Origin: Octopus sinensis
Taxonomy: Eukaryota
Length of the DNA: 64,000 nt
Assembly (NCBI RefSeq): GCF_006345805.1
Contig: NC_043009.1
Span: 17,856,001 to 17,920,000, forward strand
Direction: 5' to 3'
A model generated the notes under the pieces. That model was not told the origin of the DNA. It ran no database searches and was given only the letters and a program-made list of their open reading frames with translations. Positions 12,864-25,878 of the stretch are shown piece by piece. The position numbers and the translations under genes are program-made. Positions within the stretch are counted from its first letter, which is position 1; the number at the start of each line of letters is the position of its first letter.

Positions 12864-13084
12864 TCTTTTATTTGTTTCAGTCATTTGACTGTGACCATGC
12901 TGGAGCATCACCTTTTAGTCGAACAAATCGACTCCCAGGACTTATTCTTTCTAAGCCTAGTACTTATTCTATCAGATCTCTTTTGCTGAACTGCTAAGTT
13001 ACGGGGACATAAACACACCAACATCAGTTGTCAAGAGATGATGGGGGAGACAAACACAGACACAAAAACATATACACATGCACA

Positions 13085-13129
<45 letters not shown>

Positions 13130-13250
13130 TACACAAGGCTTTGGTCAGCCAAAGGCTATAGTAGAAGACACTTGCCCAAGGTGACATGCAGTGGAATTGA
13201 ACACAGTGGTTGGTAAGCACGCTATTTACCACACAGCCATGTCTGTGCCT
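12864..13250 (-). mobile_element. SINE family A, full length
   Basis: Reverse complement of family A with central (CA)n. Confidence 0.85.
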
Positions 13251-13379
13251 ATAGTATACTTTTCTGTAAGTAAATGTCTTTTCTTACACCCCTCCCCCCC
13301 CACACACACAGACTCACTTAGTGTGAGGCGGAAGTTGAAAATATAATTTACAACTTTTCTTTGTTGTTGCTTAAACCCC

Positions 13380-14130
13380 ATCAGTGGCCCCCTTTGGGTT
13401 AAACAAAAGCATTACTTCTGCATTAACCTTCTATAAAATGTGTTTATGTAGAGAAAAATATTAAAAAACATCAATACATATCAGAGTGACAAAGAAACAA
13501 GGAAGGTACCAGATGGTCATGGGATGTGTTAGAAACAAAAGCTAAATTTCCCTTTTTGTCTGAAATTTTATTTTGTAATTGTAAACAGAAACAAATTGTA
13601 GATTTGGACTCTTGATATTTTAAAACTATGACTAAAAAATTTCAAAAAGAAAGCTGAAATTTTAGGACTTACAAAGGAGGGTAGTGTTAAGGAAATATTG
13701 TTTTTCTAAATGTTTCTATCATTTTAACATTGGATTTCATTTTCTGTTTGCAAATAAAAGATCTGAACATTGTAACAGTGATCACTGATTTCCAAACTAT
13801 TTTTTAACCAACAGGGCTTCTCTCCATTGTTTTTAAGTACATAATGCAAAAAAAAAGAAAAATATATGGCCAAAATCAGTACTAAGTGGGAGAGAGAGGT
13901 TTGAAATAAATCATAAATTTTCAAAAATTTTTGTTTTTTTACTGAATAGGTGTCTCCCATTGTTATAAAATAGTGTAAAACAAAAATATTAAATGAAATC
14001 AATCTGAAAAGTGGGGAAGGGGAAGATTCACAAATTTTCAAAGATTTTTGTTCACAAAATGCTTCCCCCATCATTTGCCAGGATGTGATGGTAATAAAAT
14101 TGAAAATTCCCCATCAACACAGAGAAAATC
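13380..14130. mobile_element. Old non-autonomous interspersed repeat (unclassified)
   Basis: 13455-13560 (caatacatatcagagtgacaaagaaacaaggaagg...tgttagaaacaaaagctaaatttccc) resembles 24215-24320. Confidence 0.45.
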
Positions 14131-14873
14131 CAACTTATGTGGGTGTGGTATTTGGAAAGTTTGCCAAAGCAGTCTATTGAGAAAATTACCTGGCAACAAC
14201 AGGGTACTCAGCTAGGTTGTGTGCATGCATGTGTGTGTGTGTGTGTATGCATACACACACACATGCACACACACATACATACGCACACATGCAGACAAAC
14301 ACACACATACATACAGATGTATATATAATATTTTCACATCTTAATTGCAGACATACATCCATGGAGGCAAACAAGCAGGCAGAAAGAGAGAGAGAGAGAG
14401 ACATGCATAGATAAACATTCAATTCAATCTGTCAAGATTAACTGGATAATTTATATTTATGTTTATATATCTTTCTGTGTGGTAATTTGAGATTTAGATC
14501 CATAGCTGGGTTTCACATAGAGACACATTGCATTTATCAGTGGTCAGGGGTGGGATGGAAGGCAGGCAGCCATTGAACACATGACAAATACATTTAGAAT
14601 AGAAGGACGTATATCAAGAGAATCTACGCAGTCTTACAAGAGGCTTTGTGATCATACACAAACGGTCCTCATACACACAAATACCTATACACACACACGG
14701 ACACACATAACATATATATATATAAATCTATCTATCTAACTAGCTTATATACACACATGTATAAATTGAGGATATAATCATTAAAATGATTATATCAGCG
14801 GCTAGCATATAAAAACCACCATATTGGTAAAATTAATTTTACTGACATGTTCATAATTCATACATATGTATAT

Positions 14874-14940
<67 letters not shown>

Positions 14941-14942
<2 letters not shown>

Positions 14943-15253
14943 GTTCAAATTTATGGAAAACAAAAGATGAAGACAGGTGTATGAACAACAAGCAAGTGTA
15001 TTAGTTTGATGCTCAGGAAAAATGAAAAAGTCTTTTACTTTTTGAGCCTACGATCTTCAGAAGAAAGGAATAAGAGAAAATAAACAGATAGAATGGAAAA
15101 AAACCTGAATGAACTTCCTACTCTTTGGACTTGCAATTCTGAACCACTTCCCGAACTTTCAGCCTCTCCTCATTCACATACCAGCACTCCACCCAGATTA
15201 CCACTGGATCTACTGAATATAATCTTCACGGATTTCCCTGGATTTTTCATTTC

Positions 15254-15255
<2 letters not shown>
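14941..15255. mobile_element. (TA)n-embedded PLE-end-like element with decayed minimal HHR (minus)
   Basis: Flanked by TA tracts; 15030-15070 (minus) reads ctgaagatcgtaggctcaaaaagtaaaagac, a decayed relative of 25562-25594. Confidence 0.5.
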
Positions 15256-15300
<45 letters not shown>

Positions 15301-16324
15301 TTTATTATTTATGTATGTATATATATATCTGTAAATGTAATATGCAACAATTATTTGGTAGCCATGATAAAACTCTGAGTTTTGGATGTTGGGGTAGAAA
15401 TCCATGCCACCATCTCTTCAGTTATCCGGCCATCAGAAAAATTGCTATGAAAATGACTGTTAAATGAGGGGAAATTCCTGTGTGATTGACCGTTATTAAG
15501 ACAGAAGAGCTATTTGAATAACCATTAAGTGAGGGGCGGGAGTAAAAGTAAGAAGGTAAAAATGTTCATAATATTTGCGTAAGTGTGCATATCCATACCT
15601 ACACATGCGTGCCCGCACACCCACGTACATGCTCCTATAAGTATACACCCATCCACCCTCACTTGAAACATGCACATTCTCACCCACACCATTCGCCAAA
15701 AGATATAATATATATCTATATATACAATCCCACACACATCCACGCACACCAAAAAGGTTCATACACACATCTATATATGCACAAGCAGAGGAAAAAACAG
15801 GGCTAAGGGCAACAATACAGAAAAAAAGTGTAAAGAAGTATAAAAAAAATAAGCAATAAGAGTAAAACATGTCTATATATGCACATACCCCCACACATCT
15901 ATATGCGCACACACATACACATGTGCACAAAAAAGTTCATACACATGTCTATATACACACATGCACAAGAAAAAACAGGGCTAAAGGCAAAAATACAGGA
16001 ATATGAGTAAAACACGTCTATATATGCACACATTCGCATCCATGCACATACATGCACACACATCTATGTATGCACATACCCACACACACACACACATCTA
16101 CACGTGCACACAAAAAATTCCATATACACGTCTATATACACACAGGGAAAATGCAGAGTGGAAGGTAAAATACAGAAAAAATATGTGTAAAAAATATATA
16201 AACAATAAACCTATAAAACAATATCTCTATAAATATGTAAAAAATATATGTATAAAAAATATATAAATATATATAAAAATATATAAGAAATATAAGTGAA
16301 AAGTATAAAGAGATAAAAAAGCTT

Positions 16325-16593
16325 GTACATGGACACAATATAGAAAGCAAGTCCAAAAACAACAAATATTTAGCAACACAGCTCTCATGACTTTCGGAAA
16401 CATTTCTTCACGCTCAGAGTTGCTGAAGCAGGAATAAACTGCCTGCATCAGTTGTTGGACTGCCATGATACTGCATCCTGTAAGGCCCTCATGCTTTCCG
16501 AAATCCGTCAAAACTACACCTGATTATATATGCACTTTAGATGAGTTGTAGTGCACCTGAGCACTGTACACAATGTTTATTATTATTATTATT
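16325..16593 (+). mobile_element. CR1-type LINE 3' end
   Basis: Reads HDFRKHFFTLRVAEA / NKLPASVVGCHDTAS...MLSEIRQNYT* followed by a short 3' UTR and (TTA)n tail. Confidence 0.8.
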
Positions 16594-16860
16594 ATATGGT
16601 TCAGTTCTTCAATTCAGACATATAGCGGAGTCTAAGCTGCTTTTCCAGATGAGCCGTCTTTCCACTGCTGTTGGTGTAGGGCTTACACTTGGCTAAGATC
16701 TTCCAATGGATGTTGTAACTGACACCTTTATCTTTTAAGGACCATATATGATTGGATAATTTGGTCGTTTTCCTTTTATCCCAGTGCCTGAAGCTCATGA
16801 TGTGATTATTGATAAAGGCGTCAGTTACAACATCCATTGGAAGATCTTAGCCAAGTGTAA
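16594..16860 (-). mobile_element. Penelope-like GIY-YIG endonuclease C-terminal fragment with inverted 5' end
   Basis: NNHIMSFRHWDKRKTTKLSNHIWSLKDKGVSYNIHWKILAKCKPYTNSSGK matches the PLE GIY-YIG C-terminal half; 50-bp inverted repeat 16683-16732/16811-16860. Confidence 0.8.
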
Positions 16861-17007
16861 TAAAATATTCTTTTGGCAGATTTTGTCTTGAGTTGGCTAA
16901 GGGCTTTAGTTGAAGACACTTGATCTAGATGTCATGCAGTAGGCCTGAACCTGGAACTATGTAGGGATAAAACAAACTACTTAACACATGCAGTGCCATA
17001 TGATGTG

Positions 17008-17086
<79 letters not shown>

Positions 17087-17092
17087 TATATA

Positions 17093-17127
<35 letters not shown>

Positions 17128-17224
17128 TAACCACATATATCACATAGCTTAATTTAATAGAAGATTTCACTCATTCAAAAGAAATCTCACCTGAGTCTTT
17201 ATCTAGTCTAGTTTCATATATATG

Positions 17225-17255
<31 letters not shown>

Positions 17256-17954
17256 TATTACATATATATATACATACCATCATCACATACATACATACAT
17301 ACATAAAATACGTGTGTGTGTAAGCTATTTAAGAGTCCATAAGTCAGGAAAAATTGCACTCATATATATCTGTAATGTTAATCGCAGTATATTGTGGCTA
17401 TATAATTCTGTACACTTCAATTAATATATTTATATATACCTTATTGGTAATTTTCAACCCCTATCCCCAAACAAGTTATAAAGTTGTAAATTCAAAAAAT
17501 GATACACAGTATTCAGAGATATTTTGCCAAATTTTAAATATATAATTTTTATATTATATAAATACATACATGCATAGACACTCACACACACATACACACA
17601 CACACACACACATATATAATATATGCATATATATATGTGTATGCATATTCAGGCATGTATATGTTTATATAATGAGATATGCATGCATCATTGTGTTTGT
17701 TGAGTGTTGTGTCACTAGGATAGGTCTAACCAAATTATATGAGATTTGATGAAGAAGATAATTTCCCAGCACCTGTTCTAATCCTATCCACTACTTTGGC
17801 TTCTTCCAGATGTGGGTACATCCTCTTCCGTCCCTCCTCCATATCATCATCATCATCATCATCATCATCATTCTCAGCAAAATTATTATCATCTTGTGGT
17901 CATTTACACTATCATCATTGCCACCATCTCCTGTAACATTAATATTATCACTGC

Positions 17955-18356
17955 TTTGCAGCATTCCTTCCATTTTCACATCTGAGTTCAAATTCTACAG
18001 AGGTCGACTCTGCCTTTCATTCTTTCAGGGTTGACAAAATGAGTACCAGTCGAATACTGAAATCGATGGAATCAATTTAACCCCTCCCCCAAACATGCTG
18101 ATTTTGTTGCCAAAATTTGAAGTCACTATTATCACTGTTTGTAGGGCAGTGAACTGGCAGAAACGCTAGCATGCTGGGCAAAATGCTTAGCGGTATTCTG
18201 TCTTTACATTCTGAGTTCAAATTCTGCCGAGATCGACTTTACCTTTCATCCTTTCAGGGTCAATAAATTAAGTACCAGTTGTGTACTGGGGTCAATCTAA
18301 TTGACTGGCCCTCTCCTCAGAAATTTTGGGCCTTGTACCTAGAGTAGAAAGGAATA
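17955..18356 (+). mobile_element. Two tandem SINE family B copies (partial 17955-18130; full 18143-18356)
   Basis: gggcagtgaactggcagaaacgctagcatgctgggcaaaatgcttagcggtatt...ctgagttcaaattctgccgag...ctggggtcaat...gtagaaaggaat. Confidence 0.85.
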
Positions 18357-18547
18357 TTATCCTTATTTCATTTAGACTATGTTAGCATTGCCATACCACT
18401 GATATTGTCATCATCATTAACATTGTCTCCACCGTACCCATCTTTAATATTGCTAGAAAACTGAAAGTTCAAATAAAACATGTTTAGATCAGTGCTGGAC
18501 TAAACTGAAATGAATTAGATGTCACGGGAATAATAATTAATAATGAT

Positions 18548-18757
18548 TTTAAATTTTGGCACAAGGCCAGCAAGTTGGGGAGCTGGGGTAAGCTGATTAC
18601 AATGCCCCCAGTACTCAACTGGTACTTATTTTAATGACTCCAAAAGGATGTAAGGCGAAGCCAAACTCTGCAGCACTTGAACTCAGAACGTAAAGTCAAA
18701 AGAGAAGGTGCAAAGCATTTTCTCGATGCACCAAGGATTTTGCCAGCTCACCGTCTT
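18548..18757 (-). mobile_element. SINE family B
   Basis: Reverse complement of family B. Confidence 0.75.
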
Positions 18758-19007
18758 CCACCATTAAGATATAACAATAAAAACAACCACACTTCTCCTT
18801 CAGTTGTTTGTTCATTTAACATCCATTTTTCTACGCTAGCCAGGGTTGTCTTGGAAGTTTTATAGGCCCCTGGGCAAATCAGCACACTGGGCCCTATAGC
18901 ATTATTTATGGACAGCAAGTCACAACGTATAAAGATTAAACAGTAGTGTGGGGAGTCTGTTTACTTTTGGGATGTATGTGTGTGTGTGTGTGTGTGTGTG
19001 ATCATTG

Positions 19008-19175
19008 TCATTATCATCATCATCATGGGTTGGATGGTTTGACCACAGCTGGCAAGCAGGATGGTTGTACCAGATTCCAGTATGATTTGGCTTGGTTTCT
19101 ATGACTGGATGCCCTTCATAATGCCAACCACTTTACAGAGTGTGCCAGGTGCTTTTAACATAGCACCAGCACAGG
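19008..19175 (-). mobile_element. Family C repeat
   Basis: catcatgggttggatggtttgacc...ctggatgcccttcataatgccaacc. Confidence 0.7.
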
Positions 19176-19499
19176 GCTCTTGTAGGCTAATCCTTTTCAT
19201 CAGGGAAGTGGCATTAACGCTTCTGCTGTGGGGTACAGATCTTCTTTATATATATAAGATATATATAAAGCTGAAAGAAGTGAAAGATTTCCAGTATGTC
19301 AGATCCTGAATAACAAGCTCAGGAAAGGCTCATATAAGTGAACACTCATATAACTTAATGCTCATATAACTTAATGCTCATATAACTGAAGATTGGTCAG
19401 CATGTAACAAGATGACAACAATTTGAAAATCAAATCTAAATTGAGGACTAAAACATAAATGGTAACAAAAGTTACCATTATATATTTATTCTTCTTCCA

Positions 19500-20330
19500 A
19501 CAAATGATCTTTAGTAATCATGATTATCTAAAGCAGAGCAGCAGCTGATAGAATTCCAGTTTTTACCTAGTGTTTCCAGAACCTCTATGTAAAGAAGGGG
19601 CCTTTTATTTGAGCTTGTGATGTGAGCAGGCTTCCATAGCAACAAATGATGTACTGCCCCATCTTGTTTCTTCAACAATGACCAGTTAGCCTTAGTCATC
19701 ATTGTTCCAATGTGATTGTTATCAGAGATTGCCCTAAAGATTTTCATTGGTATTATGTTTCCCCTGTCCTATGCAGAGCATTGCTCAAAGTAATCCTATA
19801 TAGGTGCTACTCAATTGATTTTGTGGATTTTTGCTACCATTTATGTTTTAGTCCAAAATTTAGATTTCATTTTCTAATTGTCATCATTTTGTTGCATGCA
19901 GATCAATTTTCAGTGATATGAGCATTAATAACAGCCTTTTCCTTAGCGTGTTATCTAGGCTCTGACATACTGGAAATCTTTCACTTCTTTCAGCATTGTC
20001 TCCTTCTGATGTAATGATGTATTTGAAGGCTAATTCACAATGAACTCACTTTTTGTTTCCTTAATGTCTTAGTCAGTTTCAGCAGTAAGTTAGTTTCACT
20101 TTGCAATCATTGTTGCTTTGCAGCTTAATCCAATAACAATGCAATGTCATCTGCAAAATCTGTCTCAGCCACTATTTTAGCTGACAGTCTAATTATGATG
20201 TACTCTGTGGAATATGAATGACCTGTAGAGAAACAGTATTTCATTATGCAACCATAATATACTACAAAGTATATTGAACACTTATATAAGTCATAACTGT
20301 GTTCCACTGTGTTAGCAGTGCTATTACATC
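19500..20330 (-). mobile_element. Decayed RTE-superfamily LINE (RT C-terminal part)
   Basis: Minus strand: ETDFADDIALL, LKEVKDFQYV, WSACNKMMTI, HHLLLWKPAH...RPLLYIEVL. Confidence 0.7.
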
Positions 20331-21164
20331 ATTTATTAAGGTTATTGATATTTGCATATCAGCTTCCAGGAATGCGTTTAATATATAACATTGGTATATC
20401 CAAAAACATTACACCACTAGAGTTCATGGATGGTTAATGGGATGGATGGGAGCTGATTAAGAAATAAAAGCTCCTGAAATATGCCCATCACTCAGATTCC
20501 ATCTTCAATCTCATTGTTGTGTACATGTGGTGTCTTGGATGAGAAACATCGCAACAAAATTAGTGCTGACTTTAATTTCTATAGAAAATCTGTAGAGATA
20601 ACTTTAACAAGTCTGTGGAATAATTATGTACCTTGTTACCGAGTGAGTGTCTCTGTGAAGGTAATTACATGCTGAGCACATGCTGATCCATTCATCCATT
20701 CTGGGAAGTTTCATTTCTAATCACACATGATTGACAGATTTATACTGCTGGTCAAAGAGGGAGTCTATCTGTTTTCACACTGCAGGATGAGAGATCCAGA
20801 CCTCAAAACAGAACATACTACACCACAGTGAGGTTACACATTTTTTTTAATATTGTGTACCCGAGATATATTATGTTTATTCTGTCACTGTATCACAGCT
20901 ACAAATATATCAATTTATATGAATATTTTTTAAGACCCATGGTGAAAGCGTTTGCTAAGATTAATTATGATGTACCCTGAGAAGTTTATATATATGTCTT
21001 TTTACTGGGTTTACATATGTATACACACACATTTTTAAAAGGATTTAAATCATATATCTATAAATACAAATAAACATGCATGCACACAGATACATATATC
21101 TACATACATAAATATATATACATAAATGTGTGTGCATGTACATACATGCATATATATATATATA

Positions 21165-21422
<258 letters not shown>

Positions 21423-21513
21423 CACATACATAGAGCAGTGAGCGACTGCAAAGAATCTAGTATAATAACAACACTGTTTATAATAATAACCAAAATTATA
21501 TTGTCTTTCTTTG

Positions 21514-21554
<41 letters not shown>

Positions 21555-21693
21555 TATGTATCATGAAAATAATAAAGATATATAAATTTATGCATGGGTG
21601 TGTATGTATGCGTGTGTGTGTGCCTGTCTGTATCATGACAATAATGATGATATATATTGATGCATGGATGTATATGTAAGTGCATGTGTTTGA

Positions 21694-21738
<45 letters not shown>

Positions 21739-22077
21739 GTGTGTGTGTGTACATGTGTTGTGTATGCCATGTGTGTTTTTTTATGTGTGTGTGTTTGTAT
21801 AAATATACATATGCTAAACACATGCCAGTTTCTGGCAAGTAGAATGTATTTTTAAAGATTGCGTGTGATGGAAATCAGTGTGATGCATTGAATTTAAAGT
21901 ATGTTCTTACATATTTGTTTCTCATTATCTTAGTAAATTAGCAGTCTAATACTTCATTCACTCTTCCTCTAAATACTACACTCCACCACACATATATACA
22001 TGCACATACATACATAAATACATACATATACACACACGAGATAAATATATATATATATATATACATACACATGCACG

Positions 22078-22132
<55 letters not shown>

Positions 22133-22499
22133 CATATATATATACACACACATGTGGTAATATACATGTGTTAATATAAAATTTATATTTCACAAACAAT
22201 GCTTCAAGGGAACTACAATACTCTCTTATATATACATATACATATTCATTTATACATACATACATACATACATACATATAATATATATATATATATACAC
22301 ACATACATATATATGTATATATATATATACATACATACATACACACATACATACATACATACATACATACATACATACATACATACATACATACACGCAT
22401 ACATACATAATAAGGAAGAGTAGTGATATATATATATATAAAATTTTGTGGTAATAAAGATATACATGCATATATATATATATAAACTATGTATCACGC

Positions 22500-22885
22500 T
22501 TTATTGTAGGTCAAATTTTTGTTGCTGTTTTGAATATTAAACATTGTACAAACATGAAACTGAAAGATCCCAGGTAGTTATGGATGCAGTGAACATTTCA
22601 ATCGTATTGATAAGCTACATACAATGTTATGTTGAGTTACGTATTTTGAAACGCTTTCAGCTGTGTCACGCTTTATTGCAGGTGAACAAAAATGCCCCTG
22701 AAATGACGTTTGACTGCTACAGAGAAGACACAGATTGTTGAAGATCTTACAGAAGGCTTATCTGAGGGAGAATTAGCCCAAGAGCTTGGTCAGAATACGA
22801 ACATTGAAGGCATGTGTGAAAAACACCATCACAAAACCAAAGCAAGATAAAGGTATGAGAAGAAGTGTATCCCAATATAACACCA
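22500..22885 (+). mobile_element. Tc1-like transposase N-terminal (HTH) remnant
   Basis: From ATG 22692: MPLK*RLTATEKTQIVEDLTEGLSEGELAQELGQ / RTLKACVKNTITKPKQDKGMRRSVS (one frameshift), resembling Tc1 paired-like HTH. Confidence 0.55.
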
Positions 22886-23533
22886 GTCATATATATATAT
22901 ATATATATATATACTATAATGGAGGAAGCTGCTTATTGATTAGTTATGTAACAATTACTAAAAGTACTAAAAGAAAGCAATTATTAAAGGGTTGACTGTC
23001 TGGAAATATTTTTATAAATTCATGTTCTAAGAAATTTCCTATAATTTCGATTTCTCAAGTTTCTTGAATTTTTGAAACTTCAGTTTTCCACAGATTTAAA
23101 TATTCATTGCTATTCACTGCATCCAATTTCTCACAAATTTAAACATTCATTGCATTCACTGCGGAGTATTCCATTTCCATTTGCAATGTCTCTCACTTTC
23201 TTTTTTAAGTTTTCATTCGCTATTTGGAAAACTGACAGTTTAGTCTATTAGTGTATATGTAATTTATTATTTATTAAATGAAAATTTTTTAAATGCCCAT
23301 ATAATTTTTGAATGCAGGATAGCTGTGAGAAAAGCCTAGAAAGTTGGGTAATTATTATTAGAAGACGAGGAGAAAAAAGTTGCCGACAAGTACTTGAAAT
23401 TTGTACTTTATGCACATTTTCCAAACGCTCTGTACCACTAAGCCAATATATACACAAACAAGTTGCATGAGTGACTTCAACAATGACACACTCGCGCACA
23501 CACATAGATACACTTACACACAAATGAAAGGCA

Positions 23534-23678
23534 ATGAATGTGTGTGTGCATGCATGTGTGTGTGCATGCATGTGTGTGCATGCATGTGTGTGTGCATGCA
23601 TGTGTGTGTGCATGCATGTGTGTGTGCATGCATGTGTGTGTGCATGCATGTGTGTGTGCATGCATGTGTGTGTGTGTT
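23534..23678. repeat. Minisatellite of (GT)3-4-GCATGCAT units
   Basis: About 8 tandem 14-16 bp units. Confidence 0.92.
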
Positions 23679-23801
23679 TACTGATCACTGACAAAACTTT
23701 GTGCTGCATTAGTTTTGCGAAGTTTTGTCAGTGAACAGGTTTCAGTTTCAAAGGGGAAAAATATTTTGACACAAATGAAATTTTAATGCTGAAGTGAAAC
23801 T

Positions 23802-23963
23802 GGTGCTATTTAAATACAGAGGTCCCTTAATGGTACTACTTAGATACAGGTGTTGCATACAAAACATTTTAAATGTACACTGTGTGGACATGTAATGACA
23901 CCCTAACCCTAACTAACCCTCCCCTTCATATTGTTACGTAGACCTCTGTATTTAAGTAGTGCC
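23802..23963. mobile_element. Small inverted-repeat element with internal (CCCTAA)-like repeats
   Basis: Arms ggtgctatttaaatacagaggtc (23802-23824) and gacctctgtatttaagtagtgcc (23941-23963); ccctaaccctaactaaccct at 23901-23920. Confidence 0.6.
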
Positions 23964-24987
23964 ATGAAACTAATGGTTTCTGTGAGTTCTCAAATGCAAT
24001 TGTTTTGGTTTCAGCACATGATCTCGGATCAAGTCACTTGCTATGCAAGTACATCTCCATAATTTTTTAAATCACTGTCGATAAATTCCAGCAATGACCT
24101 CCTCAGGCTCTCCAATATTTAAATTTCTAAACAGAAACAATTGGGGTCAGGGAGTAGGGTTGCAAAAAATTCATAATTTCTCAAATTTTCTTTTTTATAG
24201 CATATAAATGTATATATGGGGGGAAATATTGAAAAACATCAATACATGCGAGAGTGATTAAGAAACAAGGAGGGTTGTCTTTGGATATGCTAGAAACAAC
24301 AGCCAAATCGCCCTTAAATCACTCACTTTTCTCTCTGAAAATATTAAAAATTTCTACTGAAAATGCTCTTTCCATGGTTTTGAAGGGCAAAAAAAATTGG
24401 CCAAAACAGGTCTGGAGTGGGATGATGAAGGGGGTGTAAAAAAAAAGAGTTTACAGAACATTTTTCATACAGAAATGCCCCTCACCCCATCTTTTCGAAG
24501 GCTGTGATTTAAAAAATATGGGGGAAAGCCCTGAAAAATTTTTCCCCACAAATTTCTTTATAATCATAACCTATGCCGTTTGAAAGGGATTTGTATAAAT
24601 TTTCATTAAATGATACCCACCTTCCTGAAAGTTATGAGGGAAAAAGTCAGGTTTGGTGAATTTTCCAAAACTCCTCTCTCCACCCCCTCAGAAAAATTCT
24701 TTCTCATAAATCCCTATATACTCTGAAGCCACAACAATGAAAGCAATACTTACTAAGCAAGTGAGTACTATTATACAAAGAAATAATTAGATGTAAAATA
24801 TAAAAACTATTAGAATTGGGAATCAAACATAAAAATATTATCAAGGGGCTAGCCGAAAACCGCCCGCAGGGTGGTCTTTCTGGTAGTGTATATAATATAT
24901 ATATTGAGTATTACCATTTTGGTTGATAATTGACGAAGAATTAGGGACCCTCCGTGTCTGTTTCCCATCCGGTTGTACACTCAGTAT

Positions 24988-25254
24988 CAGTGGTGGACTG
25001 GGTCTAAAAATATTGGTTGCCAGGAGACTAAGGGGGCTCATCCTCGACTACAAGGGGGCCCACCCACAACTACAATGCTATCATTTAATTTTTTTTTCTG
25101 TTAAAGGTATTATTTTCCAGGAGTGAATAAAAAATTCTCAAACTTGAGGGTGTGGGCCCTTAGATACTAATATGGGCCCCCATATGTGGATTTTCATTTG
25201 TGCAGGTGCCCACTTGCCATCAGGTAAACTGGCAACCTGGCCAGTCCGCCACTG
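24988..25254. mobile_element. hAT-type MITE
   Basis: 14-bp TIRs CAGTGGTGGACTGG / CCAGTCCGCCACTG with 8-bp TSD ctcagtat / cttagtat. Confidence 0.88.
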
Positions 25255-25336
25255 CTTAGTATACTTATATGTTTTTTATTTGTCGTGCATTTACAATACA
25301 TTTTTCATTTATTATATATATATATATATATATATT

Positions 25337-25485
25337 GGCGTTAGGAAGGGCATCCAGCCGTAGAAACACTGCCAGATCTGACTAGGCCTGATGAAGCCTT
25401 CCGGCTTCACAGACCCCTGTTGAACCATCCAACCCATGCTAGCATGGAAAACGGACGCTAAACGATGATGATGATGATGATGATA
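25337..25485 (+). mobile_element. Family C repeat with (GAT)n tail
   Basis: ggcgttaggaagggcatccagccgtagaaacactgccagatc...ccatgctagcatggaaaacggacgctaaacgatgatg. Confidence 0.85.
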
Positions 25486-25497
25486 TATATATATATA

Positions 25498-25690
25498 TCG
25501 CCATGTTGATTCGCTAGCCTCTGCACGCATTTTTTTTCTCTCCTTCTTTCTGTGTATCTTTCTGTTGAAGAGCGTAGGCTTGAAACGTAAAAGACTTGTT
25601 TTATTTATATTCCTGAGCGCCATACTAATACAATTGTTTGTTTGTATTCCACCTGCCTTCGTCTTTTGTTTATTTTCATAAAGCTTCCTG

Positions 25691-25693
<3 letters not shown>
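25498..25693 (+). mobile_element. (TA)n-embedded PLE-end-like element with minimal HHR
   Basis: Flanked by TA tracts; contains TCTTT-CTGTTGA-A-GAGC-gtag-GCTT-GAAAC-GTA-AAAGA (25557-25594). Confidence 0.6.
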
Positions 25694-25729
<36 letters not shown>

Positions 25730-25841
25730 CGGCAACAGGTTTTGTAGAATTTTCTGCTGCTTTAAATAAAGCATATTACTCTACCACTGGTATTTGAGTA
25801 CTCTTTTTTTCCACCTTGTTTCACATTTATGTGTTTACTCC

Positions 25842-25875
<34 letters not shown>

Positions 25876-25878
<3 letters not shown>

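Noticed and set aside
23534-23678. Regular short repeats as a CRISPR array
   Set aside because: No unique spacers; eukaryotic minisatellite.
23901-23920. CCCTAA repeats as a telomere
   Set aside because: Only about three imperfect units, internal to an inverted-repeat element.
25386-25410. CTGATGA-agcc/ggct as a hammerhead
   Set aside because: Lies in a family C repeat whose other copies lack the motif; no GAAA.
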